Origin: an uncultured cyanobacterium
GTDB taxonomy: Bacteria; Cyanobacteriota; Cyanobacteriia; PCC-6307; Cyanobiaceae
Length of the DNA: 64,000 bases
Reading direction: 5' to 3'
NCBI GenBank assembly: GCA_963765575.1
Contig: CAVXWZ010000011.1
Location: 96,001 to 160,000, forward strand
Shown: piece by piece, positions 41,073 through 51,699 of the stretch
Layout of the letters: each line of letters opens with the position of its first letter
Numbering within the stretch: position 1 is the stretch's first letter
Notes under the pieces: generated by a model
Told to the model about the DNA's origin: nothing
Database searches by the model: none
What the model saw: only the letters and a program-made list of their open reading frames with translations
Translations under genes and position numbers: made by a program

Positions 41073-42533
41073 ATGGGCCAGACGTTGGTCACCGACCGGC
41101 TGCTGCGCAGCTGGCTGCGCTGCAGGCGCCGGGCCTGGCTCGACCGTCACGGCGACCCCAGCCAGCGCCTCTGGACCGCCCACCGGGCCCTGGCGCTCAG
41201 CGACCAGGTGGGCAGCTTCCAGAGCCTGCTGCCCCGCCGGCCGGGCCATGGAGAGGCGGCCTGTGCCGCCGGGGAACCCGGCGTGGTGGGGCTGCGCCTC
41301 TACGGCAGCACCCCCGCCGGGGGGCCGTTGGAGGCCCATCCGGCCCTGTTGGAGCGGGTGGCGGGCTCCAGCCGCTGGGGCGACCACGCCTACTGGCCCG
41401 TGCTGGGCCGCCAGGGGCGCCACCTCACCCGGGAGCACCGGCTGGTGCTCACCCTCTGGGGCCGGCTGCTGGCGGAGCGGCAGCAGGCGCCGGTGCCCCT
41501 GGCCCTGGCGGTGGCCGGGGAGGGACGGGGCCTGCAGCGCCAGCGCCTGCCCCTCGGTGGCGGTCTGCAGCGCCAGCTGGATGAAGCGCTGGAGCGTCTG
41601 GCCGGGGATCTGGGCCGCCCGGAGCCGCCGCCGCTGGTGGCCGACCGCAAGAAATGCGTGCTCTGTGGCTGGCGCGGCCCGTGCGACCAGGAAGCCCGCC
41701 GCCTCGGCCATCTCAGTGAGGTGAGCGGCATCGGCGGCCGGCGCCGGGAACTGCTGCTTGAGCAGGGCATCACCAGCCTCCGCGAGCTGGCCGCCTGCGA
41801 TCCCGCCGCCCTGGCGGAGTCCCTGGCGGTGCATGGGGATCAGCACCGCGACATTGCCGCCCAGCTGGTGGCCCAGGCGCGGGTGCAGGCCTGCGGGCAG
41901 CCCGAGCGCCTGCGGCCTGAGGGCGGCGAGGCCGGACCGTTGCCGGAGCTGGCCACGGCGCCTGGGCTGCTGCTCTACGACATCGAGTCGGATCCGGATG
42001 CCCGCGACGACTTCCTGCACGGCTTCGTGATCGTGCGGCGGGCTGCTGATGGGGCCTGGCCCAGCCAGCCCCGGCCCGCTGAGCCCTGGCCTTACCACCC
42101 CCTGCTGGCCCTGCAGGAGCATGGCGAGGCGCGCCTGTGGCTGCGACTGCGCCGGCTCCTGGCCCGCTACCCCGGCTGGCCCGTGCTGCATTACGGCGAA
42201 ACCGAGTCGATCGCCCTGCTGCGCCTGGCCCGGCGCCAGGGGGCCAGCGACGACGAGGTGGAGCAGCTCAGGCAGCGCCTGCTCGATGTGCATGCCCGCG
42301 TGCGGCGGCACTGGCGCCTGCCGGTACACAGCTACGGCCTCAAGGCGGTGGCCAGCTGGCTGGGGTTCCACTGGAGCCAGGCCGGCGTGGAGGGGGCCCG
42401 CTGCCTGCTGTGGTGGCGCCAGTGGCGCCGGGACGGCGGCGCTGCACGCCTGCGGCGGATCTTCACCTACAACCGCGACGACAACCTGGCCACCTGGACG
42501 GTGGCCCGCTGGCTGCTCGATCAGGAGGACTGA
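41073..42533 (+). CDS. TM0106 family RecB-like putative nuclease
   Basis: RCRRRAWLD, KKCVLCGWRGPC, YDIESDP, LPVHSYGLKAVA, YNRDD. Confidence 0.88.
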   Translation: MGQTLVTDRLLRSWLRCRRRAWLDRHGDPSQRLWTAHRALALSDQVGSFQSLLPRRPGHGEAACAAGEPGVVGLRLYGSTPAGGPLEAHPALLERVAGSSRWGDHAYWPVLGRQGRHLTREHRLVLTLWGRLLAERQQAPVPLALAVAGEGRGLQRQRLPLGGGLQRQLDEALERLAGDLGRPEPPPLVADRKKCVLCGWRGPCDQEARRLGHLSEVSGIGGRRRELLLEQGITSLRELAACDPAALAESLAVHGDQHRDIAAQLVAQARVQACGQPERLRPEGGEAGPLPELATAPGLLLYDIESDPDARDDFLHGFVIVRRAADGAWPSQPRPAEPWPYHPLLALQEHGEARLWLRLRRLLARYPGWPVLHYGETESIALLRLARRQGASDDEVEQLRQRLLDVHARVRRHWRLPVHSYGLKAVASWLGFHWSQAGVEGARCLLWWRQWRRDGGAARLRRIFTYNRDDNLATWTVARWLLDQED

Positions 42534-43522
42534 GCGCCCGCCCCCTGCGGTGGCTTCACGAAGCCATCCCCAACCGACATCTGCAGCCGGGGCGCGGTGT
42601 CACCGGGGCCCGCCTGCAGCAGGGCCAGGCCCAGGGCCCGGCGGCGCACCAGCGCCAGCCCGATCCAGTCGCCGTTTTCCAGCGCCAGCGCCGACGTGAT
42701 CAGCCCCAGCCGGGAGCCGCCAGCGCCGGCGCCCTCGCTGTCACCAGCGGGCTCCGCCGCTGCGCTGGGTTGCTGCAGCACATCCCCCACGGCCGGGGCG
42801 GCGCTGCCGTCCCCGGCCCGCCAGTGCCAGCGCCGCAGCTGCTGCTTGACGCCGTCGTAGGTGGCCAGCTTGGCCAGGGTCTCCTGGCCCACGTAGCAGC
42901 CCTTGCTGAGGCTGACCCGATCCGCCAGCCCCAACTCAAAGGGATTGTGGTCGTCGTTGATCTCACCGGGCACCGCCGGCAGACCCAACTGGAGGCGCCA
43001 GCGCTCCTGCTGCGCAGGCAACAGCGGCAGCCGTGCGGCCCAGGCCGGCGGCAGCGACTCCCCCTCGCGCAGCAGCAGCGCCAGCCCCAGGGCGCCCTGC
43101 CCCAGCTGCCAGCCGCCAGCGTTCGCCAGCGCCTGCCAGCTGCCCGGCTGGGCCGGGGCCAGCGTCTCGCCGCTGCTGGGCACCGGCGTCATCAGCCAGC
43201 CGGGTTGGGGCGCCTGCAGCCGCACCCGGTCGGCGGGGAACAGCACCCGATCGAGGGCCTGGTGCACCTGGGCGCCGTCACCGGCGCTCACCGCCAGCCA
43301 GGCGCCCTCCCCATCGACCAGCACCTCGGCCAGGGCCCGCAGGCGGGCGGTGGGACTGATGCAGCAGGTGGGGATCCAGCTGCCGGGCGGGGCGCCTTCG
43401 AGGGGGGCACTGGTCTGGCCGTGGAGCACCCGCAGGGTGTCGCTGCCGTCGAGGCGGATCAGCCAAGCCGGCTGCCGCATCAGGGCGGGCCGCTCGGGCC
43501 GCCAGTCCCAGGGACTGCTCAT
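42521..43522 (-). CDS. ygfZ: YgfZ/GcvT-like folate-binding protein
   Basis: [12 protein letters not shown] signature. Confidence 0.9.
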   Translation of the reverse strand: MSSPWDWRPERPALMRQPAWLIRLDGSDTLRVLHGQTSAPLEGAPPGSWIPTCCISPTARLRALAEVLVDGEGAWLAVSAGDGAQVHQALDRVLFPADRVRLQAPQPGWLMTPVPSSGETLAPAQPGSWQALANAGGWQLGQGALGLALLLREGESLPPAWAARLPLLPAQQERWRLQLGLPAVPGEINDDHNPFELGLADRVSLSKGCYVGQETLAKLATYDGVKQQLRRWHWRAGDGSAAPAVGDVLQQPSAAAEPAGDSEGAGAGGSRLGLITSALALENGDWIGLALVRRRALGLALLQAGPGDTAPRLQMSVGDGFVKPPQGAGAQSS

Positions 43523-44082
43523 CGCCTCGCCTCCGCCGTGGCGGCGTGACAGGCCGCCACCTCCTCCAACAGGAACAGGCTGCGCAGCTCCAGGCCCGCC
43601 GCCGTCATCGCCTCCAGGCCGCCTTCCTGCCGGTCCACGATCGCCACCACCCGGTTCACCCGGTAGCCGGCCTGGCGCAGTTGCTGCACCGCCAGCAGTG
43701 ACGAACCACCGGTGGTCACCACGTCCTCCAGCACGGTGATGGTGCTGCCGGGCGGGGGCAGCGGACCCTCCAGCCAGGCGCCGGTGCCATGGCCCTTGGC
43801 CTGCTTGCGCACGATCAGGGCAGCGAGGCTGCGGCCGTCCAGGGCGGCCCGCATCGCCACGGCGCTCACCAGCGGATCGGCACCCAGGGTGAGGCCGGCG
43901 ACGGCGGCGGCTGCGGCTTCCACCTGCTCAAGCAGCAGGGAGCCGAGCAGGGCCAGCCCGGCGCCGCTGAGGCTCACCGGCTTGCAGTTGACGTAGTGGG
44001 GGCTGGTGCGTCCCGAGGCCAGGGTGAAGCTGCCGTGGCGGTAGGCGTGGCCGGCAAGCCGCTCCAGCAGCTGGCTGCGCAT
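43519..44082 (-). CDS. pyrE: Orotate phosphoribosyltransferase
   Basis: [34 protein letters not shown]; start could be GTG 44136. Confidence 0.95.
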   Translation of the reverse strand: MRSQLLERLAGHAYRHGSFTLASGRTSPHYVNCKPVSLSGAGLALLGSLLLEQVEAAAAAVAGLTLGADPLVSAVAMRAALDGRSLAALIVRKQAKGHGTGAWLEGPLPPPGSTITVLEDVVTTGGSSLLAVQQLRQAGYRVNRVVAIVDRQEGGLEAMTAAGLELRSLFLLEEVAACHAATAEARR

Positions 44083-44249
44083 CGCCGCCGGTGCATTGGG
44101 CAGGGTGAGCCGGGGCTGAGACTCCAGAGGCGGCACTGGTGAAACGGCGGCAATGGGCCTAGTTTGGATGGGGAGCGGCCATGGCTGGCAGATGCCGCAG
44201 GGCTGATCTCTCCGCAATCCCTGCACCGCTTTCACCGGAGGTCCCGGCC

Positions 44250-44843
44250 ATGTTGACCCTTCAGCGCCTACCCCTTCAGTGCCCGGCCCTGCTCGTGGCC
44301 TTTGCCCTGCCTGGGATCGCCCTGATCGCCGGCCCGCTGGCCGCTCCCGCCCTGGCGGGCCCGGTGGTCTGCACCACCAGCCTGGAGGCCCCGCCACCGG
44401 CTGTTGCCGGGACCACGCCGGCGGCCCCGGTGGAGGTGACCCGCTGCGGCACCGTGGAGAGCGTGCCCCAGTTGATGGACCGGCGCTTTTTCAGCTACAC
44501 GGCGCCCTTCGCCCGTGGCGTCAGCCTCACCAACCAGATCACCGACCTGTTCGGCATCGCCATGGGCGGCCGGCAGGGCAATCGCGTGATGGGCCTGGGG
44601 TTCCCCGACCAGACCATCATCTGGGACAGCTCGGCGGTGGGTAACACCGCCTCCTTCCTGCTGGACCAGCAGAGCGATCCGATGCCCCTGCGCACCGGTG
44701 ACATCTCCAGCGGCTTTTCGGGCAGCCTGAGCGGCGCTGCCGAGTCCATACCCGTGGAGCGCGCTTCCGGGGATGCCCCCCAGTCGTTCTCGATGGAGAG
44801 CAGCGGCGACACCTGGTCCGCGCCCGTGCGCGGCCTCTGGTGA
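44250..44843 (+). CDS. Conserved picocyanobacterial secreted hypothetical protein
   Basis: Signal peptide ending 'APALA', then 'VCTTSLEAP...[25 protein letters not shown]'. Confidence 0.7.
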   Translation: MLTLQRLPLQCPALLVAFALPGIALIAGPLAAPALAGPVVCTTSLEAPPPAVAGTTPAAPVEVTRCGTVESVPQLMDRRFFSYTAPFARGVSLTNQITDLFGIAMGGRQGNRVMGLGFPDQTIIWDSSAVGNTASFLLDQQSDPMPLRTGDISSGFSGSLSGAAESIPVERASGDAPQSFSMESSGDTWSAPVRGLW

Positions 44844-44868
44844 GCCCGGCGGCGCGGTCCGCGCCGCC

Positions 44869-44941
44869 GGGGGTCTAGCAATCTGGTGAATGCAGTGGAC
44901 TCATAATCCGCCCAAGGCGAGTTCGATCCTCGCGACCCCCA
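44869..44941 (+). tRNA. tRNA with CAT anticodon, probably tRNA-Ile2 (lysidine-modified)
   Basis: Acceptor GGGGGTC/GACCCCC+A, anticodon arm GTGGA-CTCATAA-TCCGC, T arm GCGAG-TTCGATC-CTCGC; lacks initiator features (no C1:A72 mismatch, no GGG/CCC stem). Ile2 versus elongator Met is an inference. Confidence 0.88.
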
Positions 44942-44981
44942 TGCCCGCGTCCATGCAGCGAACTGCGTCTCCCCGTCGCCC

Positions 44982-46325
44982 ATGGCCGGCACCAATGCCG
45001 TGATCTTGCTTCTGGCCCTGGCGGCCCTGGTGGCCCTCCGGGCTTTTTTCTCCGCCGGCGAGGCCGCCCTGATCCAGCTGCGGCCCAGCCGGGTCAACCA
45101 GCTCGTGGAGGCCGGCGAGCCTGGGGCCGCCGCCATCGCCAAGCTCCAGCGCCGGCTGCGCCGTGCCCTGGTGGCCACCCAGCTGGGTTCGGTGCTGGCC
45201 CTGGTGGCCTTCGGCTGGGCCGGCCGTGGCCTCGCTGAACGCCTGAGCCGGCTGGCCTTCAGCGGCGTGGCCACCCCGCCCCAGGCCTGGCTGGATCTGG
45301 CGGTGTTCCTGCTGATGGTGCTGGTGGCCACCCTGTTCGGCGGTCTGGCACCCAAGGCCTGGGTGCTGCACAGCCCCGAGCGCTCGGCCCTGCGGCTGGC
45401 GCCGCTGCTCGCCGCCCTCAGCCGCAGCCTGGCCCCCCTGCTCGGCCTGGTGGAGCGCCTGGGGGCGTTGCTGCTGCGGCTGCTGGGGCTGCCGCGCAAT
45501 TGGGATGAGCTGGTGCCGGTGCTGTCGGCGGGGGAGCTGGAGACGCTGATCGAAGCCGGCGGCGTCACGGGCCTGCTGCCCGACGAGCGCAACATCCTCG
45601 AGGGGGTGTTCTCCCTGCGGGACACCCGGGTGCGCGAGGTGATGGTGCCCCGCTCCGGCATGGTCACCCTGCCCCTGGAGGTGAGCTTCGCCGAGCTGAT
45701 GCGGGCCGTTCACGACACTGCCCATGCCCGCTTCCCGGTCACCGGTCGCTCCCTCGACGACGTGCTCGGCATGCTGGACCTGCGCCACCTGGCCGATCCC
45801 ATCGCCCGCGGGCTGCTGCAGCCCGCCTCGCCGCTGGCCCCCTACATCCGCCCGGTGGCCCGGGTGCAGGAGAGCTCCTCGCTGGCGGAGCTGCTGCCGA
45901 TCATCCGCCGGGGTCAGCCCCTGCTGGTGGTGGTGGATGAGCACGGCGGCACCGAGGGCCTGGTCACGGTGGCCGACCTCACCAGCGAGATCGTGGGCGA
46001 GGAGGAGAATCCCCTCGAGCCCGATGACGACCTCACCACCCTGGCGGAGGGCTGCTGGTCGGTGGCCGGCGATCTGGAGATCTTCGAGCTCAACCGTCAG
46101 TTGCCGGTGCCCCTGCCCGAGGCGGAAGACCACCACACCCTGGCCGGCTTTCTGCTCGAGCGCCTGCAGCACATCCCCGCCCCGGGTGAGGGCCTGCGCT
46201 GGCAGGGCTACCAGTTCCAGATCCTGGCCATGGACGGCCCCCGCATCGAGCGGGTGCAGATCGATCGCCGGGCCGAACCCTCGGCCGCTGAGCCCCAGGA
46301 GCCGGCGACGGCCCCCGAGCGCTGA
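44982..46325 (+). CDS. Hemolysin/CNNM family (DUF21-CBS-CorC) transporter
   Basis: FFSAGEAAL, VREVMVPR, VVDEHGGTEGLVT, TLAGFLLERLQHIP. Confidence 0.92.
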   Translation: MAGTNAVILLLALAALVALRAFFSAGEAALIQLRPSRVNQLVEAGEPGAAAIAKLQRRLRRALVATQLGSVLALVAFGWAGRGLAERLSRLAFSGVATPPQAWLDLAVFLLMVLVATLFGGLAPKAWVLHSPERSALRLAPLLAALSRSLAPLLGLVERLGALLLRLLGLPRNWDELVPVLSAGELETLIEAGGVTGLLPDERNILEGVFSLRDTRVREVMVPRSGMVTLPLEVSFAELMRAVHDTAHARFPVTGRSLDDVLGMLDLRHLADPIARGLLQPASPLAPYIRPVARVQESSSLAELLPIIRRGQPLLVVVDEHGGTEGLVTVADLTSEIVGEEENPLEPDDDLTTLAEGCWSVAGDLEIFELNRQLPVPLPEAEDHHTLAGFLLERLQHIPAPGEGLRWQGYQFQILAMDGPRIERVQIDRRAEPSAAEPQEPATAPER

Positions 46326-46376
46326 AGCGATGGCCGCGGCGATCGTCGATAATCGGGCCGCCTGCGTGCCTCAGCC

Positions 46377-47369
46377 ATGAACCCGGTCCGCGTGGGGGTC
46401 ATCGGCATCGGCAACATGGGCTGGCACCACGCCCGTGTGCTCAGCCTGATCAAGGACGCCCAGCTGGTGGGCGTGGCGGATCCGCACCGCGCCCGGGGCC
46501 AGCTGGCCACCCAGCAGTTCGGCTGCCTCTGGTATCCCTCCCACGAGCCGTTGCTGGAGCAGGTGGACGCGGTGTGCATCGCCGTGCCCACGCTGCTGCA
46601 TCACCCGGTGGGACTGGCCTGTCTGCGGGCCGGCAAGCACGTGCTGATCGAGAAGCCGATCGCCGCCAGCGAGGAGGAGGCGACCGAGCTGATTGCCGCC
46701 GCCGAGCGGGCCGGCGTGCAGCTGCAGGTGGGTCACATCGAACGCTTCAACCCCGCCTTCCGGGAACTGGTGAAGGTGGTGGCCAGTGAGGAGGTGGTGG
46801 TGCTGGAGGCCCGGCGCCACAGCCCCAATCCCGAGCGGGCCAATGACGTGTCGGTGGTGCTCGACCTGATGATTCACGACATCGACCTGGTGTTGGAGCT
46901 GGCCGGCGCCCCGGTGATGGGCCTGGCCGCGGCGGGGGGGCGCAGCGCCGAGGGCCCGATCGACTACGTCAACGCCACCCTGGCCTTCACCAACGGCGTG
47001 GTGGCCAGCCTCACGGCCAGCAAGATGGCCCACCGCAAGATCCGCAGCCTCAGTGCCCACTGCCGCGCCAGCCTGGTGGAAACCGACTTCCTCAACCGCA
47101 CCCTGCACATCCACCGGCGCTCCCGCCAGTCAGTCAGCGCCGACCACGGTGAGCTGGTGTACCGCTCCGATGGTCTTGTGGAGGAGGTGAGCACCACCTC
47201 GATCGAGCCCCTCTATGCCGAGCTCACCCACTTCCTGGCCTGCGTGCGCGGCGATGAGTCGCCGGCGGTGGATGGTCTGCAGGCTTCCCGGGCGCTACGG
47301 CTCGCCGACCTGATCGAGCAGTGCGTGGAGCAGCCCCGCCTGTCGATGAGCCTGGAGCAACCGATCTGA
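46377..47369 (+). CDS. Gfo/Idh/MocA oxidoreductase
   Basis: GVIGIGNMG, HVLIEKPIA, VGHIERFNPA, DLMIHDID. Confidence 0.92.
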   Translation: MNPVRVGVIGIGNMGWHHARVLSLIKDAQLVGVADPHRARGQLATQQFGCLWYPSHEPLLEQVDAVCIAVPTLLHHPVGLACLRAGKHVLIEKPIAASEEEATELIAAAERAGVQLQVGHIERFNPAFRELVKVVASEEVVVLEARRHSPNPERANDVSVVLDLMIHDIDLVLELAGAPVMGLAAAGGRSAEGPIDYVNATLAFTNGVVASLTASKMAHRKIRSLSAHCRASLVETDFLNRTLHIHRRSRQSVSADHGELVYRSDGLVEEVSTTSIEPLYAELTHFLACVRGDESPAVDGLQASRALRLADLIEQCVEQPRLSMSLEQPI

Positions 47370-47370
47370 G

Positions 47371-50300
47371 TCAGGGGGCCTGGCTGAGCTCCCGCAGGGC
47401 CTCGAGCTGCCAGCGCCGGCAATCGGCCGGGGAGGCGCGGTAGAAGCGGTCCCAGGCGGCGGCCTTGTGGCGGCCGTAGTCGCTGGCCGGCACCTCCGGG
47501 TGGTGGCCCTGCCAGCCCACGCGCACCGCATGGCCGATGACCACGTCGAGGGCCAGGTCGTCCTCGACGCGCACCCGGGGGTTGGCCTCCGCGAACGCCA
47601 TCAGTGTGAGCAGCGTTTCGGTGCAGAGCTGGCGGTATTCCGGGGCCTCGATCTTGCTCAGCAGGTGCTCCACCAGGGAGGCGAAGTTGCGCTCGCCGGG
47701 GGTCTTCTCGCTCAGCAGCGGTTCGCTGGCCAGGCGGTTGCGCTTCTCCAGCTTGTCGCCGATGACGATGCCGTGGCAGTGGTGCAGCACCTCCCATACG
47801 CCGGCGTAGAAGTCGCGCGGCACCCGCCCCAGGGCGCCGAGGCGCATGCGGTGCTGCAGCCAGCACTCGCCCCGGGGCAGCTCCTCCAAGGGGGCCGGGG
47901 CCGTCCAGCGCACCCGTCCGCTCACGTGCAGCTGCTCCTTGCGCTGCAGGGCGGCACGGGCGTGGTCCGCATCCAGCACCACCGCCCGCAGCCGGCGCCG
48001 GATCGCATGGGGAGGCTGGCGGCAGAGGGCCTCGAAGGCGTCGATCGGGCTGAGCTCGGCCTCCTGGGCCAGCTCGCCGGTGAGCAGCAGCAGCAGTTGG
48101 CCAAGCTGGAGCGTGAGGCTGCCGCTGAGCAGGCTGGGCTCATGGCGCGCCACGCCGTCGAGGGCCAGCAGCAGCTCCTGCTGCAGCATCCACTCGCGGC
48201 CGTCCTCGCCGCTGAAGCGCCGGATCATGGCGGCGATCGTGTCACTGGAGCGGGGGCTGGTGATCAGCGAATCGGCGGTGTAGTTGCGGCCCACCACCAC
48301 CTGCTTCTGGCGCGCCAGCAGATCGGTGAGGGCATCCTCCAGCTGCGGATGCACCAGCTCCAGCTGGGCGGCCATGCGGCGCACGCCATCCCAGTCGGTC
48401 TCCGCCAGTGCCCGCCGGTACACCTCCTCCACGAGCTGGCGCAGGGCCAGCGCCTGGCCATCGGGACCCTGCAGCAGCGCATCGATGCCCAGGCGGCGGC
48501 CCAGCTGCTCCAGCACCTCAGCCTGCTCCTCCAGGGAGGTGCTGCTCCAGAGCCGTTGAGCCAGGTCGGCGATGCTGAGGTCGTCCCGTTCCAGCTCCAG
48601 CTCTTCGGCGGCCGTCAACGGGGCCTGGCGGCTGCTGGCCTGCAGGGGGGTGAGCGGTGAGGGCTCAGGGGCGCCCGCGTCGGCCGTGGGTGGCAGGTCC
48701 ACCCAGCTGGCCTGGTCGGCCAGTTCGTCCAGGCTGCCGAGCTGCACCGGCATGGCATCCAGCTGGCCGGACTGCAGTTGGTGGGCGAGGGCCAGCAGGG
48801 GCTCGGGGCTGGCCCGGAAGGCTGCCTCGGAGATCGGGATCAGCAGCAGCGGCACCCCCGCACCGCGCCAGTGGCGGCGCAACAGGCGCAGTTCCGCCAC
48901 CACGCTGTCCACCAGCTGCTCCGGATCGTCGGCCAGGTAGAAGCTGCCCTCCTCCAGCACCGCCGGCAGGAAGGCCAGCCGTTCCTGCTGTCCGGCGCCA
49001 TCGCTGCGCCGGTAGAGCCGGCCCGTGGCCAGCGTGCGCATGCTGCTGGGGGGATGGCCGCTGAGCCCCAGGCGGGGGTTGGCTCCCACCTTGGCCAGGC
49101 GCCGCGCCAAGGCATCGGAGGGTTCAATCCGGAAGCCGCCTGAACCGGCCCCTTCAGCAGCTGCTGCCGTGGGGGCGGCAGGGCTGCAGGGCAGCCCCTG
49201 CTCGCCCAGGCGCGCGGCGATGGCGGCGGTGGCCGGCACCAGGGCCACCAGCACCCGCTTGGCGCCCAGCCGGGCGCCCAGGCGCCGCCCGCAGGGATCC
49301 AGCTCGGCCGGGGTGATCAGCCCCGCCAGCAGCAGATCCCCCAGCCAGGTGAGGCTCTGGGTCCAGAGCAGGGGCACGTTGGCGTTGGCCAGCCGTGGCT
49401 GGCTGCCGGGCTGGCGGCGCTCGGCCGCCACGGCCTCCTCCGGCACCAGGTAGAGCTCGGGCAGCAGGGCCACGCCCTCCACCATCACGCTCACGCTCGC
49501 CAGCCGCTGACGCCACTGACGGGCTTCCTCCCAGCGTTGCTCGCAGCAGGCCGTGACCAGCTCATAGGCCCAGAACAGCGGCCACTGGCACTCGATGTGC
49601 TCGAACTGGGCCAGCTCTGCGCGCTCGTAGTGCAGGCGGGTGTGGTCCTCCACCACGGTCTGGTGGCCGTCGCGGCGGAAGCGCTTGTAGCCGTAGCCGC
49701 CGCTGAGGTCGCTGCGGATGCGGATGCGGGTGCGCTCCGCCAGCTCGGGCTCATCCACGGCCCAGGCCGGGTAGCCGATCACCGCCAGGCAGGCCGCATC
49801 CACCTCTTTGCTGGCTGATTCCCGTGGCAGCAGCCCCTCCAGCGCCCGTCGCAGACGCACGATCGCATCGTGGGGAATCACCAGGCAGGCGCTGCCATCG
49901 CCGTGGGGGCCGAACAGGTCCAGGCCCTCTAGGGCTTCCAGGGCCGCCTTCACCAGTCCGATCGAACTGGCGTTGCGCTCGGGCAGGCCGTGGTTGCCCT
50001 TGTCGCCCCGCTCCCAGATGCCGTAATCGGCCACCCGGTGGGCCTGGGCCACGTAGTACACCAGGTTCTGGATGAAGTCGCGCTCGTGGCTGGAACGCAC
50101 CACCACCAGCCCGGCGCGGGTGAGCTGGGCGAGCTGGAGCAGGAACAGCCCCGTGGCGTCCAGCTGCAGGTGTCCCCAGCCGTCGTCGGCCACCACCGGG
50201 TTGCCGCTGGCGGTGTCGAACTTGGCGTGGATCGCATCCAGCCGGTTGCGGCTGTGCTTGAAGCGCTCCACCTTGGCGGCCTGGCGCAGCATGGCGTTGA

Positions 50301-50601
50301 GCAGGCCGCGCATCAGCAGCAGCACCCGCTGCTCGAGCTCGAAGCTGCGGCGGTTGGCGCCCCGCAGGCGCCGGTGGGCCAGGGCCAGACCCCAAACGCA
50401 CTGGATGGAATAGACGCCATCGCGCACCCAGGCGTCGCCGTAGTTGCCGTGCACGGTGTGGGCCGTGCTGGCCGGCAGCAGGCCGGTGATCGGGTGCTGT
50501 CGGTCCAGCACCACCTGCTCGATCTGGCGGTCGAGGTCGTCGAGCAACGCCCAGGCCTGGCCAGGGTCAGCCAGGGCCGTCAGGGGCTCTGCTCGGGCCA
50601 T
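47371..50601 (-). CDS. GH15-like / phosphorylase kinase alpha-beta family protein
   Basis: RQHPITGLLPAS, DAWVRD, WGHLQLDA, DYGIWERGDK, GYKRFRRDGHQT. Confidence 0.88.
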   Translation of the reverse strand: MARAEPLTALADPGQAWALLDDLDRQIEQVVLDRQHPITGLLPASTAHTVHGNYGDAWVRDGVYSIQCVWGLALAHRRLRGANRRSFELEQRVLLLMRGLLNAMLRQAAKVERFKHSRNRLDAIHAKFDTASGNPVVADDGWGHLQLDATGLFLLQLAQLTRAGLVVVRSSHERDFIQNLVYYVAQAHRVADYGIWERGDKGNHGLPERNASSIGLVKAALEALEGLDLFGPHGDGSACLVIPHDAIVRLRRALEGLLPRESASKEVDAACLAVIGYPAWAVDEPELAERTRIRIRSDLSGGYGYKRFRRDGHQTVVEDHTRLHYERAELAQFEHIECQWPLFWAYELVTACCEQRWEEARQWRQRLASVSVMVEGVALLPELYLVPEEAVAAERRQPGSQPRLANANVPLLWTQSLTWLGDLLLAGLITPAELDPCGRRLGARLGAKRVLVALVPATAAIAARLGEQGLPCSPAAPTAAAAEGAGSGGFRIEPSDALARRLAKVGANPRLGLSGHPPSSMRTLATGRLYRRSDGAGQQERLAFLPAVLEEGSFYLADDPEQLVDSVVAELRLLRRHWRGAGVPLLLIPISEAAFRASPEPLLALAHQLQSGQLDAMPVQLGSLDELADQASWVDLPPTADAGAPEPSPLTPLQASSRQAPLTAAEELELERDDLSIADLAQRLWSSTSLEEQAEVLEQLGRRLGIDALLQGPDGQALALRQLVEEVYRRALAETDWDGVRRMAAQLELVHPQLEDALTDLLARQKQVVVGRNYTADSLITSPRSSDTIAAMIRRFSGEDGREWMLQQELLLALDGVARHEPSLLSGSLTLQLGQLLLLLTGELAQEAELSPIDAFEALCRQPPHAIRRRLRAVVLDADHARAALQRKEQLHVSGRVRWTAPAPLEELPRGECWLQHRMRLGALGRVPRDFYAGVWEVLHHCHGIVIGDKLEKRNRLASEPLLSEKTPGERNFASLVEHLLSKIEAPEYRQLCTETLLTLMAFAEANPRVRVEDDLALDVVIGHAVRVGWQGHHPEVPASDYGRHKAAAWDRFYRASPADCRRWQLEALRELSQAP

Positions 50602-50687
50602 TTCGGGAAGCACGGTGGGGTGGGGTGGGGCGGGTCGCGGCGGCGGATCCTGTAACCCATAGATTCTCCCCCGCGGCGCCTCGACCC

Positions 50688-51440
50688 ATGGCAGTGACGG
50701 CCACCGATGCGGCAGCCCCGCGGCGCAGCCAGGTGCTGGGGGTGCCGGTGGATGTCTGTCCGGACGTGTTTGAGGCGGCCCTCGCCCTCTGGCGCCATGG
50801 CGGTGGGCAGATCGTCACCCTCAACGCTGAGATGACCATGGCCGCCCGGGCGGATGCCGCGCTGGGTCGGGCCATCGCCGCCGCCCAGCTGGTGATCCCC
50901 GACGGCGCCGGGGTGGTGTGGGCCCTGGGGCGCCGGGGCCTGCGGGTGCGGCGCAGCCCGGGCATCGAGCTGGCCCACCGGCTGCTGGCCCAGGGCGCAG
51001 CCCAGCACTGGCGGGTGGCCCTGGTGGGGGCCTCACCGGCGGTGATGGAGCAGCTGACGGCGCGTCTGCGCGCCGAGCTCCCCGCCCTGGAGCTGGTGTT
51101 CAGCGCCCACGGCTACCAGTCAGCCGAAGCCTGGCCGGAGCTGGAGGCGAGGCTGTTGGAGGCCCGCCCCGACCTGGTGCTGGTGGCCCTGGGGGTGCCG
51201 CGGCAGGAAACCTGGATCGCTGATCTGAGCGGCCGCCGGGGGGGGCTCTGGATGGGGGTGGGCGGCAGCTTCGATGTCTGGGCCGGGGTCAAACGGCGTG
51301 CCCCCCGCTGGATGGGCGCCCTGCGGATCGAATGGTTGTACCGGCTGGTTCAGGAGCCGCGGCGCTGGCGACGCATGCTGGCCCTGCCGGAATTCGCCTG
51401 GGCGGTGCTCAGGCAGGGCCGCGGTTCATCCGGAAGCTGA
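50688..51440 (+). CDS. WecB/TagA/CpsF glycosyltransferase
   Basis: VTLNAEM, IPDGAGVVW, VALGVPRQE, GVGGSFDVW, EWLYRL.QEP.RWRR. Confidence 0.93.
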   Translation: MAVTATDAAAPRRSQVLGVPVDVCPDVFEAALALWRHGGGQIVTLNAEMTMAARADAALGRAIAAAQLVIPDGAGVVWALGRRGLRVRRSPGIELAHRLLAQGAAQHWRVALVGASPAVMEQLTARLRAELPALELVFSAHGYQSAEAWPELEARLLEARPDLVLVALGVPRQETWIADLSGRRGGLWMGVGGSFDVWAGVKRRAPRWMGALRIEWLYRLVQEPRRWRRMLALPEFAWAVLRQGRGSSGS

Positions 51441-51480
51441 GTTGCCGCATGCTGAGTTGCCGCATGCTGAGCTGCCGATT
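51436..51480. repeat. 15-bp tandem repeat x3 (GCTGAGTTGCCGCAT)
   Basis: Two perfect copies and one degenerate copy (GCTGAGCTGCCGATT); first copy includes the upstream stop codon. Confidence 0.9.
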
Positions 51481-51522
51481 GCGCTTGCAGATCGGGCTGA
51501 AGCAGGTCGCTTCAGGGGGCGT

Positions 51523-51666
51523 TCAGCGGAAACCCACCGAGGCCTGCCAGACGAACGCGAGCAGCAGGAAGAACAGGGGGATGATCGGCAGGATGTCGAC
51601 CAGGGGAGCGAAGGCCTGGTAGGCCTCGGGCAACTGGGCCAGGGTCTGCAGGGCGTAGACGGCCAT
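51523..51666 (-). CDS. psbK: PSII protein K
   Basis: Translated by hand: [47 protein letters not shown]. Confidence 0.97.
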   Translation of the reverse strand: MAVYALQTLAQLPEAYQAFAPLVDILPIIPLFFLLLAFVWQASVGFR

Positions 51667-51699
51667 CCCGAAACTCGATCGACAAGCGTGAATCGGACG

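Noticed and set aside
39498..42371. Very long ORFs such as 957 aa (39498-42371), 857 aa (60406-62979), 770 aa (55597-57909) and 665 aa (24524-26521)
   Set aside because: Real genes extended by stop-poor antisense frames of neighbouring genes in high-GC DNA; not true fusions.
41073..42533. Cas4/RecB-like nuclease as a CRISPR or defence gene
   Set aside because: TM0106 family gene in an ordinary pgm-ygfZ-pyrE context; no repeat-spacer array or cas genes in the window.
44869..44941. tRNA genes as prophage or island attachment sites
   Set aside because: No integrase and no duplicated tRNA 3' end seen for either tRNA; flanks are core genes.
47371..50601. Eukaryote-like phosphorylase kinase subunit as a novelty
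   Set aside because: A known GH15-like family that is widespread in cyanobacteria.
51436..51480. Possible mini CRISPR array
   Set aside because: Head-to-tail 15-mers with no spacers.
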